Shown: positions 25,504 through 40,411, counted from the stretch's first letter. The stretch: DNA of 64,000 nucleotides from the human T2T-CHM13v2.0 reference genome, Homo sapiens (GCF_009914755.1 NC_060946.1); one strand, 5' to 3'. Program-made: numbers and translations. Notes: generated by a model from the letters alone, not told the origin.

Positions 25504-25506
<3 letters not shown>
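24973..25506. repeat. 127-bp inverted repeat (arms 24973-25099 and 25380-25506)
   Basis: Hand alignment: 11 mismatches, no gaps, about 91% identity. Confidence 0.93.
25336..25378. repeat. (TG)21 microsatellite
   Basis: Counted directly. Confidence 0.97.
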
Positions 25507-25550
<44 letters not shown>

Positions 25551-25564
25551 CACACACACACACA
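25507..25564. repeat. (CA)17(TA)5(CA)7 compound microsatellite
   Basis: Counted directly. Confidence 0.96.
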
Positions 25565-26129
25565 TGCATACATACAAATATCATATACAAACACATACAT
25601 TGCTGAAAGTCATTTAAGAACATTCAGGGAAATGTGAACACTAGCAGTATATCTGATGGAAGTAAAAATCGAATGTTGAAAATTGTGGAGTGGGCTTATA
25701 AGATTGTGATTGTTTTCACAATGGGAAAATAATTTATATTTAGGAATTATATTTTTAAGGATAAAATATTCTCTCTGGAATTTGCTTCAAAAGTAAAATG
25801 AAGCAGGATGATGGTGAGTGGGTGGAGGCCCAGAGGAAACACAGTTGACTGTGAGTTAATTATTACAAAGCTGAGGGATGACCACAGGGGGTCATGATGC
25901 TGTCCTTTTTATTTTATGTTTGAAATTTTCTATAGTAAAATAAAAGCAAAAAGAGCACAACTCTGGAGAAAACCCTGGTCTCCTTCTGGTCCAGCCACTG
26001 TGTGATGTGGGCCCCTACTTAAATTCCCAGACCTTCAGTTCCTTCATCTGTGAAGGAGAGATATGATTATCAATCTCTTAGGGTAGTTTGAGAATATGTA
26101 ATCAACAGGTATAAAGCACATAGAGCAGT

Positions 26130-29100
26130 GTCTGCCCATTACTCTGTAGATCTCCAGTTTATTGCTTCTAACTTCTGCAGAATATTTCATAGAATGTCTC
26201 CAGTGGATTCTATTTGTCTATGCCTCCACTGCCACACTGCAACCATCACCAGTGAATATTTTCACACTTGTCCTCATTTATGAGAGAATTCCTGAAGGAT
26301 AAACTTTGAGGAATGAGGTTGCTGGCTAATGGTCGCCACCATGTCTGCATCCCTGCAGAAAATCCCACCTCCCTTCATTCTAGCTCTTGGATAAAATTAT
26401 CTTCCTTTCTATATTTTTCCATTATAAGGTCTTAATTGGAGGTAATGTCAGTATCTCTTTACCTCTCACTTAGCCATTCAGTTTTCCTTTTCCAGGAATT
26501 TTCTACCATATTCTTTGCCAAAATTGCCGTTAGTTTTCTTGGCTTTTTTTCTTGTGGATTTGCAGAAGTATCTGGTACGTTCAGGATGATATTTCATTTA
26601 CAGTTTTAGACATCATGAATAACTTCCTTCAGTTTTTCATTTGTCTACATTATTTGTCAAGAGCGTTTTCCTTGAAAGAAAATCTAATTTTGATGTAACC
26701 TCAATCTATCACTTTTCCCCTTGAGACTTATGCTTCTCAAGTCTTCGTTAAGAATCTGTCCACATCAAAAAATTACAAATACAGCTCCATTATATCATTT
26801 TATTAGTTCTATATTTTATATGTCGTGTTTTTAAAATCTACCTGGAATTCATTTGTAAATATAAGGTAGAAGTACAACTGTGTTTTTCTCCATTTTATGA
26901 GTCATTGTCTTTTAAAACACAATCTGTAAAACAACCCATCCTTCGTCATTGGGTTGCACACATGGATACATGAATACATGTGTGAAGATTGCATAGTCCA
27001 TGTGAAAGGATCTTCCAGGCATACAAAGTCACAAAATGTATGTTTGTATCATATTTTGCCCTGCTGCAGACACTGACAGGTAACTTTCTGAGTTCCATTG
27101 TCCTCCTTGCCTGTTTGCATGTCTGCACCATGATCACCCTGCTGCTGGTGTTTTTACATTGGCTTTGAAAACTGTCATTATACCTAGTAAGAAATAATCC
27201 TGCCTTTGTTTCCTTTCAAATGCTACTTAGCTGTTTGTAGACTTTCATTCTCTCATACAAATTGAGAAAATAAGTATATTGACTTTATAAACAAAATTAT
27301 AATTGTTATTGGGACTGCTTTGAATTTTTAGTGTAAGATAGAAAAAAATTAAGCTTTATGGTGGTAAGTTAAATTACTCTGTCCGTGAAGAAGGTTTTTT
27401 CTATTTTTTGAACTCTTATTTTATGTTATTTGAATTTAATTTTCTTCTTATAAAACTTTTGTGCATTTCTTTTAGAATAATTTCAGTTCTTCATAATAAT
27501 AATTGGCACTATGAAAGAAATCAATTTTTTCTATTATATCATTAGGTAATTACTTCTGATGTAGAAGAATGTTATTCACATGAGTAAATTGATCTGCAGA
27601 CTTGTTGAATTCTCTTCATAATTTGAAGTCATACACATGCTCACACATGTACACACGCTCACGCATGTTCATTTTTATTCTGTGGTGTTTACAGTACATA
27701 ATCATATCATTTAATAATTTATGTTTTTGGTATGAGTTTATAACATAAATCAGGGTTGAACTTTATCAAATTGTTTTCACGTACTTATTGATAGAACAAC
27801 GTGCTTTTTGTTCCTCTATTAGTTAATTAGTGTGGCGTATCACCTTAGTACATTTTTCTCTGACAAAGATAAACTATATTCATTATGTTGTGTTAATTTC
27901 GATATACTTTTAGAGTTGGCTAACTAATATATTATATATAATGTGTCTAAAATATATTATTAAGCTTCATTAATCTACTTGTGAAAATATCCTGTTTTAT
28001 TTTTTATTTTTTGATTCTTTATGTCAGTTTCTAAAAGAGTGGTGTTAAAACATTCAAGTACAATTATTGATCAATTTTCTTCTCTGAATTTCTTCATTGT
28101 TTTTGTTTTCATATATTTTAAAACTATATTATTAAAATCATATATGTTCATATTTATTTTGAAACCTTAATTGTTATCATTACCGATATATAGTATTTCT
28201 TTCCTTGATCTTAAATGTACTTTACCTCTTATTACACGGGCTGTTTCTAAGTTCAAAAATGTCTGTATTATTTGGTTTTAAGTGTATTTCTGGTAGACAA
28301 CATATTATTAGATAATGTTTATTCACTGCATTCTGATAGTCTGTTTTATTACAGAAATTTTAGTACATTTACATTTATTGTAGTAACAGTTTATTTCCAC
28401 TTATTTTAGCAATAATATTTGGAATTTTTAAAATATATCATATTTTTAATCAGATTTTTCTATTTTCACTTTCTTTTTTATTGTTGAGTAGAAATTTATA
28501 TTGTGTATATACCAATAGCTGTTTATCCATTCATCAGAGGCTGAACATTTGTGTTGTTTCCAGTTTATAGCTCTTACCAATAAAGCTACTACAACATTCA
28601 CTTGCCAATCTTTGTGCAGACATAGGTTGGTTTGTTTGTTTCCTCTTGAGTAAATACCTGCAGTGGGATTGATGCCATTCTTTTTCAAAGTTATTGTACT
28701 ATTTGCATTTTCACCATCAATGTATGAAAGTATCAGTTGCTTCAGATTTTTGCCAGCTTTTTTCTGTTTTATTAACTTTTTCCCTTTTTTAAGGTTTTCA
28801 GTTTCATGCTATTGTGAGTTTAATGTGCATTTTCTTAATGACTAATGATATTGACCATCTTTTCAAATGTATACTTGCCATACTTATTTCTTCTCTGGTA
28901 AAACATCTGTCCATACTTTTGGATGTTTCTAAATTAGTTTTCTCATTTTTTATTTTTGAGTATTAACATGCTTAATCAGATATTTGTTTAATAAACACAT
29001 ACTTAGTCTATGGCTTGATTTTTTTCTCTTAAGAGTGTTTGAGAGGAAAACACTTTTAATTATGAAGTCTAAATTTTTAACATTTTATTTTATGTTTTAT

Positions 29101-29340
29101 GCCTTTGTGTCTTATGTAAAAACAAGACAAAAGAAAACCAAAAAAATCCATGACTTATCTAAATAAAAAATAATGTTCTCTATGTTTTTCCCTAGAAATT
29201 TTCTTCTAAGAGTTTTAATTTATTCTTTTTTAGTTTTGTTTTGGGCATTCTTTGTCATTCGTAGTTCTATCAATTTTAGTTATCTTTTTGCCTTCTAAAA
29301 TAATTGCTTTTGATTGAGATTTTGTTTCCTCTATAGATCA
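26130..29340 (-). mobile_element. Mosaic of old L1M/L1ME fragments
   Basis: T-rich strand with antisense L1 motifs (GTTTATCCATTCATC..GAACATTTGTGTTGTTTCCAG; TTTTCTTAATGACTAATGATATTGACCATCTTTTC). Confidence 0.65.
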
Positions 29341-29363
29341 ATTTGTGGATAATTTACATCTTC

Positions 29364-30244
<881 letters not shown>

Positions 30245-31379
30245 TCAGTTCATGAACATGAGATTTCTTTATCTATTTAGGTCTCCTAAAATTTCATTGA
30301 TTAGTGCTTTGTTGCTTATAGCACACATCTTGCACATATTTTATTAGATTTATTCTTAAATATTTCATGTTATTTGGAACTAAGATGGTCATTTTAAATC
30401 TTCAATATGGAATTTTTCGTGGCTAGTATATAAAAATAAAATAGATTTTGTATACTTACCTTGTATCCTGAAAACTTGCTAAGTTTATTATTAGTTAGAG
30501 TAGCTTTTTTTTTTTTAATCTTATTCATGTTTTCCTTGACCTTTTGCACTCCTGGCTTGTATTTATATAGTTGTTTTACTATCTGATTAGCTTATAGGTT
30601 ATGCTTTTGTGTCTTATGTAAAAACAAGACAAAACAAAACAAAAAAATCCATGCCTTATCTAAACTAAAACAAAAAAATGTTCTGTATGTTTTCCCCTAG
30701 AAATTTTCTTGGGGAATCGTAATAGAATATTGATTCTATTATCTGTGTTCTTCCTGGTTCTTCTTCCATTGGCTTATATTTTTCTCTATTTGGGTTGATA
30801 TTTTCTGCTTCCTTGCATGACTGGTAATTTTTGTTGGATTATGGACACTGTGATTTTAAATTGTTGGGTGCTGGATATTTTTGTGTTTCTGTAAATATTG
30901 TTGTGCTCTGTTCTGAGATGCATTGGATTTCCTTGATATAAGTTAGATTTATTTTCTTTTTTATGCTTAATTTTAACCTTTATTAGGGTATAGATAAATA
31001 AATTATAGTACAATTCTCCTAATAAATATTGTTTCTATGGAAGTCACAACTTCAAAGACTATCTAACAGATTGGGAATACACTGATTGTATAATGTTATA
31101 CGAAAAAAAAAAACCTTAAGGCTATATGACCATATGTAAGGTAACCCCAATACTGTTCTTAAATTGATATCATATGTCTATAGATAACAAAGTTGATAAA
31201 AATATCCTGAAAATTCAGGTTTGTTGTTCTTGCTAAGTGGTGAGATTATAGGTCATTGAACATTTTTTAACATTCTTTTTTTCACATCTTTCCTAAATGT
31301 ATGGGTATTTTTGTTGTTGTTAGACACAAAGTTAATACTACTAACAATAAAAAATACTTGTTATACTTTCAAGGTTAAA

Positions 31380-32295
31380 ATTAAAATAACAGGCAATCTG
31401 AGCGTTGGCAAGAATGTAGAACAATTGGAACTTACATGCACTGTGGGTGGAAATGCACATGGGTATAAAGATTTTAGAACCCTTTAGGAGTATTCACTAA
31501 AACCGAAAATACACACACCCTTTGTGAGCCAGCAATGACATTCCTAGGAAGATGCCCAAAAGGAATACATGCAGCCATGCACCAAAGCCGTATGCAAGAA
31601 TGTTCAAGGCAGCACTGTTTGTAATAACTACAACTGCTAACAATCTGAAGTTTCATCAATAGTAGAATGGAGGACTGGTCCCGGTGGCTCACGCCTGTAA
31701 TCCCAGCACTTTGGGAGGCTGAGGTGGGCAGATCACGAGGTCAGTAAATTGAGACCATGCTGGCTAACAAGGTGAAACCTCGTCTCTACTAAAAATACAA
31801 AAAATTAGCCGGGTGTGGTGGCGGGTGCCTGTAGGCCCAGCTACTCAGGAGGCTGAGGCAGGAGAAAGGCGTGAACTTGGAGTTTGCAGTGAGCTGAGAT
31901 GGCGCCAGTGCACTCCAGCCTGGGCGACACAGCGAGACTCCATCTCAAATAAAAAAAATATATAGTAGAATGGATAAATAATTGTAGTATAAGATATAGT
32001 GGAACACAATAGAAAGTGCAATAAGAGTGATTCTCACAAACACATTGTTGAAGAAAAGATTCTAGATGCAAAGAGTACATATAAAGTACAAAATGAAAAC
32101 AAAACAAATTCATCTTTTAAGCCAAGACAACAGTTACCCTTGGTGACTAGAATCAGGCCTGTGGAGAGTGGGTAGTGCTATTTCTGGGCTTGAGTACTGG
32201 TTTCATGAGAGTTTATGCTTTGTGAATATCACTAAACTGTATACTTATGAGCTGTGTCCTTACCTGTATGCAAGGTGTATTTAATTTTAAAAAAT
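31380..32295 (+). mobile_element. L1ME 3' region fossil
   Basis: GTTGGCAAGAATGTAGAACAATTGGAAC..GGTGGAAATG..CAGCAATGACATTCCTAGG..CAAGAATGTTCAAGGCAGCAC. Confidence 0.75.
31672..31961 (+). mobile_element. AluY-like with small internal deletion
   Basis: TGGCTAAC, GGCGTGAAC; TSD ATAGTAGAATGGA (31659-31671, 31962-31974). Confidence 0.94.
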
Positions 32296-32689
32296 ATTGT
32301 TCCTAGTCAATATATTAAGGCATTTATATGGACCAAAACTCACTGGGAGGTGGTCTTGTTCTGGAAACGTACCTGTGGTATACCCCGACAGTCATAAACT
32401 CAGGGAAGCAAGTCCATTTTTAGCACTGGAATTTTTAATTTAGTTATCAGTCATCTACTCATAAATAAACCACAATTTCTCTATATTTTAATAATATTCA
32501 GTTTATATCTTTGTCATTTCTGCACAACTAGAGCCAAGCCTAGTAGTGACATGAAAAAAGTGCTTAAACATACGTGTTAGATGAGTGGATGAATGTAGAT
32601 CAAAAATAATAAAACCTATACTTTGAAACCAAGATGTAAATTATCCCCAGATTCATCTGTATATTCAACAGAATCCCAGTGGATTTGAT

Positions 32690-32767
32690 GTGAATGGATG
32701 AATGTGCAGATGTGTGGATGGATGGGTGGGTCGATGTATGGGTGGGTGAATGGATGGGTGGATGAAT
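32690..32767. repeat. (TGGA/TGGG)n-like simple repeat
   Basis: GAATGGATG..GGATGGATGGGTGGG.. Confidence 0.8.
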
Positions 32768-33044
32768 AAATAGACAACTTGGCCTTCTTTCTTGAAATTG
32801 TAGTTTTATGCTTCTCTGATCCACTCTTTCTCCCTCCACCACCTACCACTAAGATACCAGGATTTATATATCTGCCTGGCTTTATGAGAATAAGAGTGTT
32901 ACAATTAGAGCCAATGTCATACAGTCATCCTCCTCTTCCTGCACCAGCCTGGACTCAGGAATAAACTTCTAACACAGTCCTAGTAATAATCATCTATTCC
33001 TCTATGCTCGAGGTTTTACTGTGTAACGGTTTCCTCCATTTTTA

Positions 33045-33587
<543 letters not shown>

Positions 33588-36150
33588 TTAGCAACTAAAA
33601 TAACGTATATTTGGGGTGGATTTCATCTGCAGAGGGGTAAGGGCTTGAACGCAAGTAGGATTTGGAAAGGCACTTAGAGGCAGCATCAGAGCAAGCACAG
33701 CCCTGATGGGGTGGGCTTCACCAATGCCAGTGGACCGAATCTGAGCATGTGGTTGGGGCAAAGGTGAGAATGCCAGTTACTTTTCTCCCACAGATTCTTA
33801 TTTTAAAAAAGAGTCAAAGGAAGTAAAATTATAGGATGTTAGATCTTGAAGGTGCCTTCGCTAAGTCTTGGTGTTGTTTTACAGAATGAGTAATCAAAGC
33901 CCAGCGGAGTTGGGTGGCTGTCCCAGTGTCTGCAGCAAATCACTGTAGAATCTATATTTTAACGCAGGGATCCTGATCCCTAACTCTGCTGGCGGCCCCT
34001 CGTGATGAATTGGAAAGTCTTTTTGAAGCATAGCATTATGTAAGAGTTGAACATCTTTTCCTTGAGCAAGACCTTGGGGAAGATTATAATCCATGGTACT
34101 CCATTTAAACTTCCCTTCCTGTTTGGGAGGCTTAATAATCCCTTTTACATCTCAGAAGGCAACAAAAAGGTGGAGCATTTCTGCAGTTATTTTCTAAGTC
34201 AAACATGGACCAAACTCTGTCTAATGCTTTGGTATAGAACTGCACCCCACACTGGACACATCCTTATAGGCACTGAGACACTTCTGGGAGCACTGGCTGC
34301 AGAAACATTGGGAGAGGAGTACAAAAAACACAGAATCAGAAGTCAGAATGCTTGGGCTTTTGTCCCCTTGTTTGTGCAGCCCCCGCCATGCCCCATCCGC
34401 CCTCCATTTTATTCTCTTGCCGATGAAACCACGCACTGCCTGGCCTCTTGTCTCCTTTCCTGTTCTGATTATCTGCTAGCCCTGGATTTTGAGGAACTCT
34501 ACAATCCCTCATTTGCAGGCATGCAGAGTCGGCTGGAACTTTTTGAGTGATATCACCATAGTTCGATAGAGAAGGAGAAATGTCAGATGGCAAAGAGGCA
34601 ATTAAGTTCCAGGACAACTTCAATGATTTGTGTTTTAAACTTTCGATTTATCTAAACCTCAATTTGAGTCCATTTCCACGAACTCCAACAATTGCCTGAC
34701 ACAAAGCAACTGAAGAAAAACCTCCAGGAGCCTGAGATGGAAACAGATGGCCAGAGCAGGCAAGAATGGCCTACATTTGTTCCATCCAGTTGTTCCCAAC
34801 GATGGCAAAAAGTCATTAAAAATGCACTTAAGAATCTAGCTTAATATTGATCAATGGCAGGGTTATGGGAGATGTTGAATCTTGACAGAGCAAGAACTGT
34901 ATGAGGAACCAAATGATTTTTTTCTGATGGAGTATTAGAGAAAGCACTGTCATAATACAATTTCCCAGACAGATTCATCAATGATGTCAACTGTTACCCC
35001 AAGTTTTGAATGATGACTCAGATTTAAGAATTCTAGATTAATGGGTGGCGGGGGTGGGAAATAGTCACGTTCTCGCTAATGGATAGGATGGAAACACCCA
35101 AAGTGACCTAAAGGAAGTTATTCGCCATGCAATTCCTGAAGACAAGAGCAATAGTCCACCTTCCCTGACTTGGAATCTCACTTTTTTCCCAAAGTGCCAG
35201 TGAAGCATCAAAAATTTATTTTCTGCAATGAAAGGCAGCCGTACTGAGGTCATCTGAGAAATGCTTTTCCGTCCAAGGAGTTGTCAGTGATGGAGAACTT
35301 GGGGTGAAGCTGTAAAGATGTTCCTGCATCAAAATGCACAGCTTGGCCGAGGCCAGCCAGAAAAATGTCTCTTCTGTCTCACTTTCTTTTGCATTCCCAG
35401 TGCCACTGCTGTCAGCTCTGTATTGCACAATTGCTAGAGCCCCTCACTAATCTCCTCACCTCAACCTTACCCCCTCTAAGTCTTTCTGGCCAGGTGACAG
35501 AAAGCCTCCACTGTGAAAACCTGACCACTTCATCCTGTGCTTACCTTTCTGCAATGACCCTCAGCATCTAACAATCACCCAGCTCAAGGTAGGGGCTCAA
35601 GACTTGCTCTCTGAATACATAGATCTCTTTCTTCCTGAAGGACAGAGGATGAACATGGCAGCATGGAAGATCTACAGGCTTGAATCTCACCATGTCTTGC
35701 AAACCCACCGGAAGGAGTCCCCCTGGGTGAGGTCAGGCAGTGTCGCCCTCTGCCACGCCATGTGGCTTTACCATCCATGTGTTCCAAGAACATTTCAAGG
35801 CAGCTTAATATCATCATGAGTTTCACTGAATCTGTCTGTGTGGGGCCCAAGAAAGACAGCGGAGGTCCACTGGAGTTGACGTTCTGAAACTTATCGTCTG
35901 CTCCCCTCAGTTTGCACACACCTGTTCCAACTTTACATGGAACTTCCTACCCCACCCCTACCACCTCCTAGACATGCATCTTGTCCTCCCACCAGCTACA
36001 GGCCCTGCCAGATTTTCAAATCCCAGTGTGGGGCCTGGTGTAGTGGGGTCAAAGGGTTCGCTCTGCAATTCAGAAGGCCAGGCAAGGGCAGGCTCTGCTT
36101 TACTTCCCGTGGCTGGCATGGTCTCTCTTGTGTCCCTTCTCCAGTGAATA

Positions 36151-36198
36151 GGGAAGGGGAAGAGGGCCGGGAAGGGGAAGAGGGCCGGGAAGGGAGGG
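36151..36198 (+). repeat. 18-bp G-rich tandem repeat; predicted G-quadruplex
   Basis: GGGAAGGGGAAGAGGGCC x2 plus GGGAAGGGAGGG; nine G3+ tracts in 48 bp. Confidence 0.85.
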
Positions 36199-36496
36199 TT
36201 TGGCAATGGAAGGTATCTGCTTCTCTTGGCTTAACAAGGTGTCTATGGTTACCTCGGTTTCTTTGGAGTTAATGCAAAATTCAAGACTCAGGTCTCTCGG
36301 GAAGGCGCTTCCTTGACTTACAACTTCTGTCTTTTCCCCTCTGTTTCCCTCCCTGGATGAAGTGGTGGGTGCTACAGGCAGGGTCTCCTCATGGGTTAGG
36401 TGACATCTGTGCTCCAACAGCAATGCGTGGCTGAGGTTTCTCACCCTGCTTTTCGCTGGTGTCCACCTAGGTTCTTGCATCCCAACCTGCTGGGGT

Positions 36497-36972
36497 TGAC
36501 AAAGATTCTCCACTTCACCAAATGTTAGCCAGGCTCCTGCACCTCCCCCAGACCCACCTGTGCACTTCCTTCCAAAATCCAGGTTTACCAAGAACTTCAG
36601 TAAGTTACTTTACCAATAACCCCCACCTTCGATATCTGATCACCCTTGATACCTGATCAGGCTCCTGATCTTCCTGCAGCCCCCAGGTGATGCCAGTCAC
36701 CCTGGCCTGTCCTCAGCAAGAATCCCATTAGGCTGCTTTACTGTGAGTCCTACTCACTGCTGATATCCCCTCTCATTCATGTTTCAGCCCCTGAACCCAC
36801 CCTTCTCCTTGGCTACTAATCCCCACTTTCCCATGCTGTACTTGGGATTGAGCCCAATCTTTCTGCCTATGACAAGGTCTCATCCTGGTAGTCCCTCCAC
36901 CTATTGTGATGGTCCTAATAAAGTCTTCCTTACAGAACTTTAGCGAGTGCCATTGAATCATTTTCTTTAACA
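36497..36972 (+). mobile_element. MER31-type ERV1 solo LTR
   Basis: TGACAAAGATTCTCCACTTCACCAAATGTTAGCCAGGCTCC start; GATATCTGATCACC; AATAAAGTCTTCCTTAC; end TTTTCTTTAACA. Confidence 0.8.
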
Positions 36973-37224
36973 GAGTGTCCACAGCTGATGCCTCCCTGAC
37001 CTGTGGTCTTGGCAAGCACAATGCAAAAGAAAGGTCCTTACTCGACATCACTGTGTGCAGATCCGCGGAGGTCTGGCTCTAACCTTCATCCTCCCTTGGG
37101 CATCCACCCATCAACCTGTGGCTGCTGGATCCCCATGCCCTTGCTGGGGCTGGTGACCACCTGGCAAGCCCGCCTTCCTTCTCCTCCACAGCAACACGGG
37201 AAATTATGCATATGTTATATTTAC

Positions 37225-37390
37225 TGTCTGTGATCCTGGAAGACTTGCTTAACCTGCTTGCACTCCAGTTTCCTCAGCTGTAAAATAGAGAGCACTAGCA
37301 TCTATCTTGCAGGGTTGTACTGATGATTAAATGAATTGGAGCCTGTAAAATGCTGAGAGCAGTTCCAAGCACAGAGTAAGCACATTATCA
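37225..37390 (+). mobile_element. MIR
   Basis: Core CAGTTTCCTCAGCTGTAAAATAG...GGGTTGT..GATTAAATGA. Confidence 0.8.
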
Positions 37391-37511
37391 GGGCCGGTTT
37401 TTATGATTGCTCTTCCTCTTGCTACAACTCAGTCCTCCCCGGTATACTGTTCACCTCTGCAGGAGTAGAAGAAAGCCAAATACAGACATGTGAGAAGTAA
37501 GCACACACAGG

Positions 37512-37960
37512 GTTATAGGTTGAATGGTGTCCCCCCAAAATGTATATGTTGAGGTCTTAACCCCCAGTTCCTCAGCATGGAACTTTATTTGGAAATAAAA
37601 TCACGGCAGATGTAATTAGTTAACATGAAGTCATGCTACAGGAGGATGAGCGCTGCTCTAATGTGACGTTATCAAAGGGGGAAATTTGGACATAGAGACA
37701 AAAAACAGTGAGAACGCCATGGGACTGTGGAGGTGGAGACCAGGGTGATGCATTTATAAGCCAAGGAATGCAAAAGAGGCCAGCCAGACACGGAAGCTGG
37801 GAAGAGGCATGCACAGCTTTTGCCTCCCAGACACAGAAGGGACCAACACTGCTACCACCTTGATCTTCAACTTCTGGCCACCAGAACCATGGAACAATAA
37901 ATTTTTGTTTTTTCAAGCAACCCAAGCTGTGGTACCTTGTTCCAGCAGCCATAGCAAAGC

Positions 37961-37966
<6 letters not shown>
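37512..37966 (+). mobile_element. MLT1B-type MaLR LTR
   Basis: GGTTGAATGGTGTCCCCCCAAAA..TTATTTGGAAATA..AAGCCAAGGAATG..CAGAACCATGGAACAATAAATTT. Confidence 0.85.
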
Positions 37967-37993
<27 letters not shown>

Positions 37994-38348
37994 CATGCAC
38001 ACACATACACATACAAACGTGCAAACACATATGCACACATACACACATAAACATGTGCACACATAAACGTTCACACACATAAACATGCAAACACATATAC
38101 ACACAAACATGAACACATATAACACATATACACACACATAAACACAAACTTGCACATACATAAACACATATATACACACATATACGCACATATATACACA
38201 CAAACACACACATAAACATGCATACATATACACATACACACATATACATACACACATAAACATATACACACATATACAAACACACACATACAGACACATA
38301 CACAGACACATATGCACACATATACACACACACACATACACACACACA
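37963..38348. repeat. Degenerate (CA)n/(CATA)n tract, about 385 bp
   Basis: Direct inspection. Confidence 0.95.
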
Positions 38349-39644
38349 CCTTTCATCTGATTTCACTGGTACATGGGCAAATTTATCATTATTATCGTTG
38401 GCCCCCAAGCCCATCTTTCCCTGCACTGTTAGCTGTGTTGTCACTGGCCTCTGAAATGCAGCCTTCTTCTGCTCCTGCACCTGCTGAGCTCCTATGCATC
38501 CCTTATCCACAGCGGCCATCAGTGCAGGTTCACTGTCTGCCACCTGGTGCTCGGCTAGGACCCAGTGCTGGGGAGACAAATACAAAGCACATGCCCTGCC
38601 ATTCAGAGGCTCAGGGCCACTTCCTGCTGCCAGATTCCAGATCTGTCTGCCGACAACTCTCCCCTGCCTTTTCCTGCTCCACCCCAGCATTACTGGGGCC
38701 TTTTTGAGTCCCTCTTTATGGTTATCTCTACCAGGAGACCATACTCACTCATGAGATGACAGTCCATTTGACTCTGATCATGCCTCTCCAGCAGCCCCGA
38801 TGGAGGAATAAGGTAGAGAAGCGGCTCTATAAATGTCCAATGGCTTGACCAAAGTTTCCGCTGGAAATCTTGTTTCTTGACTAATGAATACTCTAGTTTG
38901 AAAAATAATCCTGAAGAGCAGCTGCATATCAAAATGATGGGCAGTCATAGACAGTCAATGGATATTTGCTGCATTTAATGGAATTGGATTTCCTAAAAGC
39001 TGGACATTTCCTCTATCAAATATCCAATACATCCTGGCCATGTGCAATAGATAATACAGCATCCATCTCTAAGTGCATGCCTAAAGACAGACGTGGTTTG
39101 TAACCAATAAGGCCTCATTGGGAAAGGGGCTTTCCTGAGAGAAATGTGGATGTTTTAATTAGTTTAGTACCCTTGAAAATGATCTTACTTAACATAAAGA
39201 ATAAAATAATCTGGGCCTTCAACCACCCTTAATACGTATTATTGAGGGGCTTTGCATTGCTTGCAATATTACATTTGTTTTTCCCTCTTCTTGGTAAAAA
39301 ACACGGTTCTTGGCAGGAGGCACCACAGATTAGGTGATGCATTTACTTACTAGAGACAGTCCTTGAGGTCAAGCAAGGGGCAACATCGAGATCTTGGCCT
39401 CTGCTGCTTCTAATGCGCTTGCTACTTAGAGACAATTCATGAGAATGTAGATAGTTCACATTGCGCATAGGACCCTCAGATGACAGTGCTGTGAGTGAAA
39501 CAGCTGGTGCTTCTCCGTTATGCTCTGCCCTGCATTCGGCCTTGGTCCTAGAAAAGCCATCCTTGCAGGTGAAGGGTAGAAACAGGTGGCTTGCAGGCCC
39601 AAGTCCCTTCCTATTTATTGAATATCTTTTATGTGTCTTATTAA

Positions 39645-39760
39645 TTGCCAGATAAAATACAGAGTTCTCTGTTAAATTTGAATTTCAAAGAAGCAACAAA
39701 TAAATTTTTAGTCTAAATAGGTCCCAAACACTGCACTTTTATTTGCTAGTTCTGGCACCT
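39645..39760. mobile_element. MER53-like hAT MITE, internally deleted
   Basis: TTGCCAGATAAAATACAG..GTTAAATTTGAATTTCA..TTTATTTGCTAGTTCTGGCA (TIR TGCCAGA/TCTGGCA). Confidence 0.7.
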
Positions 39761-40114
39761 CTCATGGGTGTGATGGCTGCTTTTGGTCAATGGCCCTAGG
39801 CAGGTAATTGCATGGTGACTGAGCCCCTGATCTGGGTTTTGGGTGAACCAGTGTCCGCCAGCCCCTAAAGTCAAAAAAGTGACATAATCTCCCCAGGCGT
39901 ACCCACAACACCATTGTGAGAATCAGTAGGGGTGTGAGAAGGCTTAAAATGCCTTCCTAATGCCCTGGGGTATCCACGCATTCATATAGCTGTCCGTCCA
40001 CCCACCTGTTCTTCCTTCTGTCCACTCATTTATATAGCTATCTGTCCACCTACCCATTCTTCCTTCTGTCCTTCCATCTGGTTGTCCACCTCATTATCCA
40101 TCCTGTTATTTCTT

Positions 40115-40411
<297 letters not shown>

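Larger units (their letters stand above)
24050..25950 (+). mobile_element. L1MC/L1ME 3'UTR fossil (interrupted by MER66 and microsatellites)
   Basis: GGAGAAACTGGTGATTCC..GAGCCTGGAATATCT; ends TTTATGTTTGAAATTTTCTATAGTAAAATAAAA. Confidence 0.65.

Noticed and set aside
34047-34550. 167-aa ORF in unique sequence
   Set aside because: Non-ATG start, no domain and no splice support. The length is within chance for six frames of 64 kb.
36100-36591. 163-aa ORF with a PLPGPLP repeat
   Set aside because: The repeat comes from the 18-bp G-rich duplication, and the ORF starts inside the MER31 LTR.
37620-38690. Longest ORF (356 aa, minus strand), rich in Cys/Val/Tyr/Met
   Set aside because: It stays open because it crosses a stop-poor (TG)n tract and an MLT1B LTR. 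Overlapping frames are open too, and there is no domain.
39230-39241. 12-bp palindrome TAATACGTATTA
   Set aside because: About 16 palindromes of this size are expected by chance in 64 kb.
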